This document shows, piece by piece, positions 25,020-38,553 of a DNA stretch of 64,000 nt (positions within the stretch are counted from its first letter, which is position 1; each line of letters starts with the position of its first letter). The notes under the pieces were generated by a model, which ran no database searches, had not been told where the DNA came from, and saw only the letters and a list, made by a program, of their open reading frames with translations. A program made the translations under genes and the position numbers. The DNA is from Kudoa neothunni (Eukaryota > Animalia > Cnidaria). The stretch spans positions 3,027,189 through 3,091,188 of the forward strand of contig OZ199840.1 in the NCBI GenBank assembly GCA_964304625.1, in the 5' to 3' direction.

Positions 25020-28000
25020 TTAAAGCTCATATATTCTATTACGTCGGCGACAAATTCGAAATTTGAGGAACATAAGTATTGAAACTATTAGAGAAACCCC
25101 GACAACCAATGACATGGCATATATTTTGAGATTATTCGTTCCCGCATGGCCTTGAAGGACTGTAAATCTTTTTCTTTGTTCCAAATGCACTATTACAGAT
25201 CGAAAATCTGCAGACTCAACCCAAAAAATAGTTTCAGACGATTTTACTCGAGTGTAATCTATGGTGGAAATGGGAGACTTAGATTCAAGGCTAAATCCAA
25301 GCGTAGAACTAAAATATGTCGATTCAACGCTAAATTCGGAATATGAAGCTAATGGTTGTGATTTAGTCGTAGATTCGATTGAGGGGGCTAGAGATTTCGA
25401 CCTTAAAGTAAGCTCTAAGGAGGAAATGAGAGAATCAGATTCGGTGGTCAAATCATCGGTCACAGAATAAATATGAGTACTCTCTGTGTCAACAAAAATT
25501 TCGGATGTTTCTGAAATCATTGGAGTAACTCTGAGAAATTAAATGACAAAAAATAAGTCAACGTAACTAAAATACTGTTTCGAACCTTGCTGCAATAACG
25601 AACCAAACGCAGAATCAAAAAATATATGTTCTTTATTGGGAATATAATCAGGGTGGTCTCTTAACATAAAAACGTTATTTATAGCCTAATAAATATAAGT
25701 TTACATTTCTATTAACGATACAGTAATATCTTCCAAAAATAGGTTTTTTTCAGTTAAAATTGTGTAAATGATACTTAAATGAAAACATTTTTGAAATATG
25801 TAAAAATTACTCTAAGGATAATGACATCAATTCAACTTGTTGGTGTTAAACATTACATAGTATCCATATTTTTGGTAGTTGACACATTCCGCTTCCTTGT
25901 GATTAATTAATATTTCCTTAATGCGGCTTATCCTATTTGGTTTAATATTGATATAATCGTTATATATCTAAATTTTATGGAAAAAATCATTATATTTAAA
26001 TAAAACCTCAATCTTCTTATGTTTCAAGAAAATGTCTCTAATTCTGACGGTCGAGAAGTTACAATGATGATTGTCTGTGCAGATTCTACTATCGTAGATG
26101 ATGGCGCGGATAAGCGGAACGCATTTTTCAATATTGTAATCTCCGACGAATTTTTCATTAAATGTTTGTACACGTTCTGATACACAAACATCGTTTTGAC
26201 GGCCATTGCTATGCTCGTGTCTAAAACCACTGATGATACAAGGATGAGTGATTAATTCGTTATGTTTTCCCTATATATATATATATATATATTTGTTGAA
26301 GATTGATTTAGAATAATATTGATAATTAGTTTACCTTGGCTAACTCGTAATAGGTTGTAATCATGATTTTGTCGAATGTCATGCAATAAAAGTCGTTTAC
26401 AGCTGCAGTATACTTTTCATCTCGAATAGAAAATTCTTTGATCATCCAAGCATCGAATATGTCTACACCGATTTGAAAAATTCCCACAGAAAATTTGATG
26501 CGGCCCATAAATATAAAGGGCTTTGTATCTAGAAACTAACATATTATTATAGACATCAACAACTATTTCATTACTGATTCATCGAAATTATAGTTATACT
26601 TTATTAGTTCAACCAATCCACTAGTGGTTTCATCGATGGCGACCGAAATGTCCCAAAATATATTGTAGTACGTAGAGGAGGCAATTTTTTCAATGTCTTC
26701 TTGCATAAGCGTTTTTATTTGCTCTTCATTTTTACTTGAGATAAATTATTTACATTAAATTTTTATGAATATTTACTGATAGAAAAAATCGAGCGAATAA
26801 ACGACCTGTAATAAAATTTCATTTATTTCGTGATTTTCCCATTCACACACATCAATGATTTCATATATGCAATTGCATCTTGTGGGACCCCCTATTAGAA
26901 TTCAATGATATGAAAATATTTAATAATCAAAATAATTAATAGTTTATTTATTTTTTTGACTTCGATTAGTTTTAAAAAGCGGGTTAAATTGTTTCCATTT
27001 TTCTATGTTAATGTCCCCCAGCGTTTAACCTTTATTGTACTGAGCGACGTATATAAAGCACCCCATGGGAGTTATTCGCGTCTAAATCCGAATATAAATC
27101 GTTTATCATATGCATCTCTCAAATACTTTTAAAAAATTCTTCTTACATTTTTTAACGTAAGAATTAAGTTAATTATCCTTTATTTATTACATAGTTCTTT
27201 TTTTTGAAAAAATAATTCCATAACTGGCAGAACTTTCAAAATTTGTTTATTAACACAAGTGATTTTATATTTTTGTCGAATTTTATGAGAAAATAATTAT
27301 AAAACTATCACATATGATTTGAATATGGAATTTTTTGTCAAACTCAGTTTAATCAGGATTAGCGACCATTAACCACAATTAAGTAAGCTGGTATAGTCCC
27401 TGCATTACATTGAACCATCTCTATCTATTGGACGTGTAATTTCTATAATGGTTTTATGCCGTTTTCTGAAAATAAACGTAGTAGTTATTCTTTTATTAAT
27501 ATTTAATCCGAGAACGGGTATATATATATATATATGAAAACTGATAAACTAATTGATACTTTTTTTCGAGTGACAATAAAAGTGACACTAATCTTCAAAT
27601 TTTAGGTTGTTTTGCAATCACCGTGCCTACAATTCGCCAGTCTGGAAAATAAAAATCTATATTCGTTTATCATATATTAAGAATTATTTGACATTAAATA
27701 CTATGGAAAATATGAAAATAGGAGAGAAATATTAACGTAGGCGACGAAAAAGAAATAAATACTCTTTAAATTAAATTATTATAATTTTAAAAGTAAATTA
27801 ATTTATATGTAAAATAACTAACTTATAAATACTTATCTAGTCAAGCTTGCCTTTTGCGGGAGATCTTAATAGCAGGATTGTACACGATGTTTTAATTACC
27901 ATGTTGCCAATTTTATTGATTGATATCTTTTAATAATTGTATCTATGCTACTTTTGCGCAATTTGGTGATTTATTTGGATCAAAATATGACAAATTTTAA

Positions 28001-28683
28001 GGTATTTGATGCGTAGTTTATTATTCCGTCCGTAATTAGTATATTAAATTGATACCACGCAAGATATTGTTTTTTAACCAACTTGTGTTTAAATTCAAGT
28101 TTTTTAACATCATTTAATTTATTGAATGTTTAGTATATTGATGTAAAATTCCAAGAAATTTATTTTGTAAATAAAATGATTTCTATTGGAGCAATTGGCA
28201 GATATCTCATTTCGAAAAATGCTTAATTTTTTAGCACTCAGTACAGTACAGCAAAGGTTAATATTAAAATACACTTCATTTAAACTGCTCACAAGCATCC
28301 TTTATGAATGTCTTGATTTAGTTATTACATATTTTATATAAAAAAATAATTGAAATAGTAACTTTATTTGTAATATACATTAAGGTTGATGTCAAATAAC
28401 ATTAACACCGATCAAATGTGGGGTTACTTACATGAACAAGATCCACCTTTAATCTTTAGTTGATTAACCCAATCGTTGGTATTTTGTAGTGGCAATGGTC
28501 TAATGTAACAAATATGCGAAGAATGCGACAGCTTCTTAAATATAACTACTCCATGCTTTTCAATTCATTAATGATACGAATAAATGCTTGACAAAATACT
28601 TTTTGATTTTTCTCTTCATTCATTGTTTTATAGCGGTGACTTAAAATCGCTAACAATAGAGTATATATCAATCTGGATCCCAT
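25020..28683 (-). CDS. GDA1/CD39 (NTPDase)-like membrane protein, paralog B, 10 exons, catalytic motifs degenerate
   Basis: Hand-spliced intact ORF MGSRLIYTLLLAILSH...NQK|HGVVIFKKLSHSS..., with the same intron positions and phases as paralog A. The last exon (ORF 25520-25020) has a long S/T stalk, a TM helix and the tail RRRNRIYEL. Confidence 0.85.
27029..28257. mobile_element. Non-autonomous piggyBac-like element in intron 2 of paralog B
   Basis: TTAA at 27025-27028 and 28258-28261; inverted ends cctttattgtactgag / ctcagtacagtacagcaaagg; no transposase ORF. Confidence 0.8.
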
Positions 28684-29451
28684 GATTATGTCAAATGTAA
28701 AAATCCCCCTTCTAATAGATTTGCAACGAGAATAACTCAATATTTTTACTACAAAATTTAATTGTTGAAATTCCAGTCAACTAATAAATTTAATTGATTT
28801 ATGCATATTTTATTTGTTATCACACATAGAGATATATTAGAAATAAGGATCGCTCCAAGTATTAACTAATTAACAAAGTTTGATGTTTATTATTATATTG
28901 GACGAAAATTCGGTGTTGACTGCAATAAAGTCAATGTTAATACATTCCAAATTCTAGTTTTCTTCAATAATTTTACATATAAATTATCAAATATTAATTA
29001 AATAAATTTTTTCATGTTTAAATTTTATAAAATATTGGAAAAAATCGGTAAAAGCATAAGGATCGGAAAAATTTGAGGCTAAGTGCATTTTTTATGCATA
29101 AAGCTATATACAATTTCTTTAAGTTGGAGATTTGACGAAAAAATTTAAAATTTTATTGTACTTATAAATGATTATATATGTTTATCGCTAAAAATTAATG
29201 TGTGAGAAATTAATCAATTATTTATTTACGTCTAGTTTTAATATACTTAATTTTTTTTGGCATAACATCTAATCTTCTGTATTAGCTATCACATTTTACA
29301 ATTGATAATTAGTTTAAATATCGCTGTTTTATAATTGAAATATCTAACATACTTATTCAAGATAATTCCATTATGGTTTTCACCGGTAATTTGTTAGTGT
29401 GCACGAATCAGACCATTACGGTTGAGTATAAATTTTATTTTCTATATAATA

Positions 29452-30529
29452 CAGTCGAACCCCCTTTATCCGAAAATCGCGCTATCCGAATAATTTTTTA
29501 AAATTTATTTGAAACTGATGTATATTCTAAATAGAAAAATTTCATTTAACCAAAATTCCAGCAGCCGCAATCCAAAACAACTTTTTGCTGGAATTTTTGG
29601 ATAAAAATGCCTTGAAGTCTGGAATCCAGACTCTGGATTGGTGCTTGGTTAAAATGGCACCTACACTTATTTTTTTGATACATACATACATACGTTCGTT
29701 ATTTATTCACTTTAAGTTTATTTTTGATTAAAAGAAATAGCGTCACGTAGATAATATAATATTTTATGTTCAAAATGAAACCATGTTCACGATGAGCGAA
29801 TAAATGTTGGGTAAAGACTGACTCCCATGTATCATTTCAGGAATAATAAAATATAAAAATGGAATTTATTGGATTGTTTTATCACAAATTAGCAATGAAT
29901 TCATAAGACCAATTTATCAATGGAATTGACTTAATTCAATAAATGTTCACACATCAGTTTTTTCCCATAACACCTCCACTTTTATGTCTTAACAATCATT
30001 ATTCAATATTAAATTGTTGGAATATGACATATTTTAATTAATTAGGAAATTATAAATATCGTTATGGAGAACTCTGGGAAAATACTCCTCATTGTTACTT
30101 TATTATTCTTATCATCATTATTAATACAGTTTACAATATCCAAATAGGTAAGAAATTATAAAAAAATTAATAACAACAATCCATTTTTTTGAATCTATAA
30201 CGTATGGTTCTAATATGGCGCAGCGGATTTAAGGTCGCACATATAGGTAGTATGCGAGCGCCGACTACGTTGGATATAGAACCACATTGCCTTGAACTAA
30301 TGTTTTCACACTTTATTCACTAGTATAACATATATATATATATATATATAGTAGAGTTTTCTTTAAAAATATAAAACAAACATTGAATAATGAAAAATAA
30401 AGTATGTAATTAACCTACAATTTTTCTCCGCCCCACATGCGCTTTAACCGAACTTTGTTTAACCGAAATTTCAGTATCCTAAACGAAAATGTCAGGTCCT
30501 AACATTTTCGGATTAAAGGAGTTCGGCTG
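29452..30529. mobile_element. pogo/Tigger-type non-autonomous element
   Basis: TIR cagtcgaaccccctttatccgaaaa / ttttcggattaaaggagttcggctg flanked by TA on both sides. Confidence 0.85.
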
Positions 30530-32099
30530 TATATGCCTTTTCTAACTATAAGGAATCCACTACAGTAAGTAACCAATTTCACGCACTTTTTAAAAACCTG
30601 TTTAGCTAGAATACTTATTGGTCATTATCTATATATATATATATATATATATATAAAGTAGTACCGGGCTTTTCATCAAAATTCGGAAAGCGCAAGAGTC
30701 GGTCCGAAATTGAAATTTTAAATTTAGATTTTTACCTATGTAATAGCTTTTATATTTAATATTTTCATTAAATTTTTAATTAACCCATCAAGGTTTTTCA
30801 TTCCCTTTTCGACACACTAATAATAACAAGATATCTTTATAATAACAATTTATTCTGCTTCAGCCATTTATTATTCAAATAAAATAACTTTATAGCTTAT
30901 TACAAATTGATAAAATAATAGAACAAAAATATTTTAACGTGTCTTTAAGACTGGCTAGAGAAGCGTAATGTTTCAATATTAATCATAATATTGCATTAAA
31001 TCAAAATGTTATAACATAATTATAAAAATAAAGCTTTAAAAATATTCATAAAGTCAATTAATTGAAAAAATTCTCTGGGGAAATAATATTAAATTCATTC
31101 TATGATCATTTTGTGGCTAAAAAATACACGATGCAGCATTCAAAAAATAGTTACACCTTCCTCAAATAAAGGATAACGTTATTGTAATCGTAGGGATTAT
31201 ATTGAGAGTCGATAATTTTATTTCAATAAAAGCCAAATTCAATTTCGGGTAAAAATGCGAACTAAACTCAATTTTGTAATATAGAGATTTTTTCATTTAA
31301 ATTTATCATAATTGCTATTAGATTAATTTCACCTATCAAAAATTTGACAAAATGCTAAATAATTTTATATTCCATAATTATTTCAAGTCAGAATCATATG
31401 TGATATTTTTATTATCATTTTTCCGTCAAAAAAAATTTCAATTATTTATATTAATTTTTATTCCGGATAAGGGATATTTAAATAAAATATAAAATTAATT
31501 TATTACATACAAGCAATATAAATTTGAATAAACCTTAGTATCTGAAATGCCCAACTACAATCCGTCCAAAGAACTCTCAATCGCCAAATATTAGGGGTGG
31601 TAAAATAGTGTCTATTTGGGTATTTAATGAAACCGAGGTTTCTAACCATCATTCTTTGGTATAAATTTTCCATTAAAATTTAATGTATTAGAAGGTAATA
31701 GAATAACATTATTGAAAATCCAAAGAACAAGTAAAATTATGATGTACGAATAATTTAAAATATATCTGTTATTATTCAAGTATACATTAGTTTAAATATA
31801 GCCTCGTGAAATATTAAATACATATTAGTCATTGGATTATCTGTGAGATGAATTAGCCATATACATATTCCGATACATTTTAACAAAAAATATATAATTT
31901 TAAATAAGGTTAAAAAATTTATAACGTTTTCTTTTATTTAATCGACTATCCAGAACATCGCATCTGTTATGTAAGCAACGGAGAAATCGTGCTCAACTCA
32001 AATTCAACGAGCACGTAGAGTATGTAAAAAGCATTTTCACCGCAAAATAAAAACACAGTTATGTATTATTTTTAAAATTAGGTTTATAAATAGGAAAAT

Positions 32100-32900
32100 T
32101 TAAAGAACTAATTACGATATAACGCTCATACTCATCAGAAATTTTTAATGAAGATATAACTTGATAAATTTGGTATAAATGAGGAAATAAAAAAATAGCT
32201 TTACACATCGGTGAAATCAGTTTTAAAATATCTTAGATATTCTAGGAGATATTCTTTATCGTAAGTATAGCCACTGCCTATTCTTTCTATTTTTTGTATT
32301 GCACATCCAATTAAAAAATGTAGCATACGAATAAATTCAAAATCATACTAAAAGCTCATTGCATATTACGACAAATGATTAGAGAGAATTTATGCGGAAT
32401 ATTATCGCTCTAGAAATCAACGACAAAAATAAAAAAAATTGAAGGCAAAAATATTATAATGCACGATGATGAGACTGCCGTAACTAAACGAAAGGAGAAT
32501 GTTGGTCGTTTGTTGTAAAATCGACAGTATTGAATAGTTGGCGGAATATGTGAGAATGGTTATTGTTTTTTGAGCTAACCAACAAAAGGGACCGTGATAT
32601 TATTTAAAATATCATTTCGAATAGAGAAATGGAAAATTCAACTATGTGGACTGATAATTTTGCAGGATATCATTTTTTGAATGAATTTTGATTTCTCCAC
32701 AAAACGGTTATACATAAATATTTATTTTCTTCGGCTGTTGGTGTCTATATCAACCGAATTAAAACTGCTTGGGGTGCATTCAATAGAAAGTACCGTAGCG
32801 TTACAAACAAAAGTCATTAATTGCTCTAGGATTACGTATCAAACTCTATTTTCTTTTTAAAATATAAAAAAATACGAACTAAGTTCATTTTCAAAGAATT
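32100..32900 (+). pseudogene. Merlin (ISXO2-like) transposase remnant
   Basis: Degenerate translation gives DETAVTKRKENVGR, VGGICE, STMWTDNFAGY, HKTVIH and NRIKTAWGAF, which are ISXO2/IS1595-like DDE motifs. Boundaries approximate. Confidence 0.75.
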
Positions 32901-33393
32901 AAACGATAATTTTCTTGTATAATTTAAATATTCTGATTTTTACAAATTCTGTTGAAGGGGTCCTTATTGTGTATTTTAAGCAGAATACCTTTAATTTATC
33001 TGTTTTACAGTCTAATTCGGATATTAGACTCACATTTAGTAAAATATATCTCTGGCGATAAAAATATTGGTCATTACACGTTATTGAGGAACCATATCTC
33101 GACTTGGTGTAATCTTAAGTATATAATTTGAAAAGTTGAAATTTTATTATTAATTTATGCGTCTGATATCAAATAAAAATAAAATATTATACATCCTATA
33201 CCACATAGAAATTAACTTAGAATCAACAATAATTCATGTGACGAGCACAGCCAGTATCCTCTGAGACTTCTCAAATAGTGAGAAAAATTACGAAGCACCA
33301 AACAATAAAATATTTGTAGAAGTTTTATTCAGTAGATAATGCTATTTTAAGAAGCGTAAATTCATCCGGGATAATACATAAAGATAGTATAAG

Positions 33394-33821
33394 TTAGTGC
33401 CTGAATACATCTTTTTGGGGACTCATTACCATTTGTCGATAAGCTGATTTTATCTCCTAATAAATTCGAGCAATCGTTGAAATATTTTCAAGCGAAGATA
33501 CAGTGTATTCTTGTCTGAGTGCACATGGAATACAACAGCAATGAAGCGCGCAATCCTCGCATAGGTATCCCTACAGGCACATTATTAACTCGCTAAAATG
33601 TAACTTACTTTAATAGAGTTTTGGTATCGAATTTTCTCCCGCAGCAATGCGCCGAAAATTGGTGGACATAACGCATAACCCAAGCCCCACATAATTGCGT
33701 TTCCCTCAATATCATTTGCATTTAAGCCGGCAACAATACAAGGGGCAACCCAGGCTGCACAACACCAACAACAATCTCCTGAGCATTCACATAACCCGGT
33801 GCTCCAAACCCTCATTTCCAT
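33394..33821 (-). CDS. PLAC8/cornifelin-family Cys-rich protein, copy 1 (3 coding exons)
   Basis: WSTGLCEC..DC..CC..W.APC...LREKIRYQNSIK|GYLCEDCALHCCCIPCALRQEYT|EIKSAYRQ...; GT-AG introns. Confidence 0.92.
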
Positions 33822-34456
33822 GTTAGACCCTCTAATACGGTTACGCAACTTAGCATCCTAAAAACAAACTAAATATCGAAAATATTAAATAATTTTTTGT
33901 ATTCTTTTAGGAATCACTATTATAAATAAATTAGTTGTTCGTATGGAAATATTGACTTGGTGAGTATGAAATAAAATTTACGGTGAATTATTATTAGGAT
34001 TGTTATTGTTTTTTTATGTATTAAGATATAAACAACGATTAATTGTGAATTTAGGATAACGTCGCACGTTTGCATTAACATGCACAAAATGGAATTTGAG
34101 CCCTTTGAAAATCATTTCATCAAATGGCTTATTACATTATCTACTATATGTATAAAGTTCTTATGTCTGCCAGTGTGTGTTTTGTTTGCAGCAGTACGCA
34201 TATGCCATGGAGAAACTTTCTTTAACCCACTAAGTCACTTGAAAATTTACACCTTCCGAGTGAAATTGGGGTGTAAATACACCCTAGGTTTTTTTTCAAC
34301 GAAATTATTGTATAATATTAGCTAACTAGTTCTGTGTAACTAGAAAAATTTGTGTTGAGTAATTTTTGAGTAATTAACGAGAAAACATTGCTAAATCCTG
34401 ACAGCGCGTGGGTGAATATACTAAGACATTCTGGCGGTCAGAAAATTACCTTAATC

Positions 34457-34585
34457 CAGGGGTCTCCAAACTTTTTTTTTCGTCGACCCCATCGAGAAAT
34501 ATTCTTAAAAACACTAGTATTCGCAACTTTTCTATTAAAAAAAATAAAAATATCTGTAACGTAACTCATTAATATTCTATTTCTA

Positions 34586-34623
<38 letters not shown>

Positions 34624-37600
34624 GAATTATACCGCTCGAAAAAGTATCTTTATTAGTAATGTAACGTTAAAATCTATTAGAAAAATTTCAGATTTGCGAA
34701 AATTTAGACATATTTATAATCAGATCATAGCATAAAAAACAATTATGATAACCAATTTACCACGAAATAAATGAGAATTTATTGTAATAAATGGGCATTG
34801 AAAAGAGTTTAGTATATCTATTTATTAGAACAGTTACAAAAAATAACTAAGATGACAAATGTACAACCTACATCATGAGATCTATTCCTTGAGTTTAATG
34901 AGAAGGGTGCACTTGGTTAGCAGCTACCAGACTCTTAATGTCTGGTTGAAAATTTGTTAGTTTCAGCCTCAGATCTCCACGACTCTCAAGGTTAAGCCAG
35001 TTCCTTTGCTTTGTCAAGATTGCGTTCGCATGACTAAAACCGACTTCAATCATATAGGATGATGGGGACGCTATTAGATAATATTCAGCCGCGTCAGAAA
35101 GCCTGGGATACTTGGTGATAATATTTATATTACTCCAATATTCACTGAGGTTCATTTTTATAAACAATACTTTGGCTTCTAAATCTACGGACATTTCAAT
35201 GAGCTCATCTTCTATATCGGATTTAGAGCCATTATTATACATTTTCACATTAAATAGAGTGATAAGCCACTTAGGAATATTCATGTTCTCCAAATCTTCA
35301 TATCTTATTTTCAAATCTTCTTTTAGTTTATTAAGATGCTCAATGTATATCCACAAATCATGATCCGATATATCTTTTGATTCTGTTAATACTTGCATAT
35401 TTGAAAAATATTTGAACTCTCTACGTGCCAGCGAAGATTTAAATAGTTCTACTTTTGTTTGAAATCCCATAAGTATGCTTCGAGCTTGAATAATCGTAAC
35501 TCCTTTTCCTTGAAGACGTTTTTGTATTTCATTAAATTTAGAATATAAGTCAGCTAAATAGAACAGATGATTTTTGGTTGATTGCAACTCGCGGCATAAT
35601 ATTGGGTCGATATCAGTTAGAAATTCTTCGGTTGAGTCATACAAATCAACGAGCCTTTGCAAACTATCCCCTCTAGACAACCATCTTATTTCAGTGTGCA
35701 AAAGCAATTGATTGTAAGTTTCATCATTTGTTTCACACAACCTTGAAAACAGTCTGACATTTAGCGGGTGAGCTTTAATCCTGTTGATTACTCTAATACA
35801 CACTTTTAAAGCATCATGCAATTCATCACTCAGCTTCTTCGCTACAAGGTGTTGTCTATGTAAGACACAATGTACGGTTTTCATTGCAGGTATCTTTTCC
35901 TTTATAAAATCCGAAAATCCTCTATAACGACCTATCATAGCTGGCGCACCGTCAGCAGCCACGGCTAAAATATTTTCAAGGCGAACATTGTGCTTATTCA
36001 AATAGCCCTCCAAACATGAAAAAATAGTCTCAACTTTGGAGTCAATTTCAAGGTAACTGGCAATTAAAAATTTATCGATAGTATCTCCAAGGGATGGACT
36101 ATTAAACCTCACATGAGCCATTAGAATATTTGAACTTCCAAATGTTGAATCGTCGAGTTGAATAGCAAATTTACATATCTTGAGCTCAGATATTAATGTT
36201 CTTTCTACATCGTTTGCCAGTTCTTCAATGCGTCGCCGCACAGAATTTGCACTCAATGGTATGCATTTAAGAACTGGAAGAGGGTCTTTCTTTAAAACAC
36301 ATTCAATCGCATCTTTAATTGCATGTACTATAATATCTTCTCCAACAATATAGAGTTTTCCCCCTTTTTTGCCATATTAAGATATACTGTACGATGCTTT
36401 TAGCCCCCCCCCTTCATTATCAACACTAGCAGTTGGTTTAAAAAGAGAATTCATGTTTGGCTGAACTTTCCGTTTATCTTAAGTGTTTTGAAAAATTCAA
36501 TGCCCTTATCTTTTTTATCAGGATGGATTCTCTCTAAGTGATCTTTCATTTTTGACGGTTTCATGGCATCATTGCTTAATTTTTTTCTACGTAAAAGACA
36601 CATGGGGATGGTTTCATTATCGCAGGACTGTACAAAACCATATTTCAAATATTCCATGGAATATTGTCCGCTATTTCTCTTTCTAACTGTTGGAATCATT
36701 ATGAATATTATATCTGTCGAAAAATAGAAGAAATGTGCAAAACAATAGATCAGATATTACGCGAGGTTTAGCGAGTATATATTCGCGCCATTGTACAATT
36801 ACGCCACAGGCATACTGACGCCTATTTATGTGACTGTCCTAAATCCCCTTCTTCTTAATAATGCGGAAAATGTCGTCAGTTCAGAATTAAAATCCATGAT
36901 ATTTTAAATTAGAGAAACCTATGATTTGACTTCCGTTAGGGAAATTGCTATTTTGGCTTACGAAGATATTGGGGGAGTTGTAGTTTGGACTATAATTAAT
37001 TATACTTGACTACTGTAGGCAAAAAATCAAACAAAAATAAAGGATGACAGCATTTTCAAAGAAAGTAGTTTTATATGTTGGCTATTAATAGGAATTGTTA
37101 GGATTCAAAGTAGTGAACATTATTGCTAAGTTCAAATTTATAATTAAGATTTTCCACAATAAAAACATTTTTTCCATATTGTTGAAAGCTGGTTAGCTGA
37201 CCTTAAAATAATTAGAAACATTTAAATGTATAAACCACCTGGTCGTGGGTTAAGTGTATACTTTTGTCTCAATTCAAAAACAAATTAATAAAATGTTTGG
37301 GGCTTCCTCAGTTATACATATCTATGACTCATTATCCAGAGCTACGGTATCGATTACACTCAGATACCATTATGATTAAGCATCTCTAGGGTGTTCTTTA
37401 GTTACTGGAAATGTACTAAATGTGTAACAAGTATGCTGAATCGTTATATTAAGCTTGGTACCAATCGGCAACTTCAATAGTTTTTTCTTAACTATTTTAC
37501 TATTAAAAAAGCAAAATGTATCACAATGAATCTGTTTCATCATAAATTATACTTAATAGGTCTCTGGAATTAGGTCGCTTGTATGTGGTTATGGTTATAA

Positions 37601-38251
37601 ACCTTTGCAAGATATATAAGTACAACGGAATATTTTAAGAATAAATTGCATCGTATATATAATGATAATTATTTGTTCATACCCGTCTCTAAAACTTAAT
37701 AAGAATATCTTATTCTTTATTTTAAGATAATGTTCCGTAGCTTGAGGTCGCACGAAGAGTTTTTTAAGTGCCAACAGGCGGTGAAACAACAATAGCAAAT
37801 TATTATAATTATTTTCGGAGCTTTCGTAATTTTAATTCAGATGGATTCTAAATATAAGACCTATCATTCTAGGTTACTAAAGAACATAATGTTAACTATC
37901 GTTATTCTTGTATGTATTGTTGATATCAACAAATATTAATGTTCATTTGATTTTAAGAAAAATAATTTTAATGTGTTGATTAATTTTTTATGAGTTATCA
38001 AGAATATCTACATTAATTAAAGAAATTAAATTACTTAACTACGGCAATTAGAAATTGATTTTAATCTCGAAAATATAAACAAAAAATAGATATCTGGGCC
38101 AGTCGTTAATTAATTGTATTTAAAAATGTAGTACGGAGTAGAAAAGTGGGAAGCATTACTTTAAACCCAGAAAATATAATGCATTCTCTATAACACACAT
38201 CGATCCCCATTCGATCCCTAACGTAATTATTGACCACTTTGGAGACCCCTG
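34457..38251 (-). mobile_element. hAT/Buster transposon with near-intact transposase
   Basis: Perfect 14-bp TIR CAGGGGTCTCCAAA. BED-finger ORF 36699-36451 plus a 453-aa ORF 36256-34895 (QLDDST, ADGAPAM, CVLHRQH, RWLSRG, C-terminal QVHPSH), disrupted between them. Confidence 0.93.
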
Positions 38252-38553
38252 CTCTAGAATGATAAAATACAATCATGCTGATGTAATAAAGTAATGGGGT
38301 TTTTGTTTACATAAAATTAAATTTGCTTCAAGAAATCAAATACTTTCACACATGCATGATTACATCGTGCGTCATGGGAGATGTTATTTATAGAAGATGG
38401 GTGAATAGAATCTCCCATTTTATACGTTATCTAGCTCGGGCGATCTTAAATTAATAACACATAGAAACTCCATTAAAATAATAAATTAAAAGTTTTCTTC
38501 AATATGCCGAGGAAATTTTGAGTTAAAAACCCAAATCGTATCAGCCAATAATT

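Noticed and set aside
30331-34620. (TA)n tracts as a structured array
   Set aside because: Ordinary scattered microsatellites; no repeat-spacer (CRISPR-like) organisation anywhere in the window.
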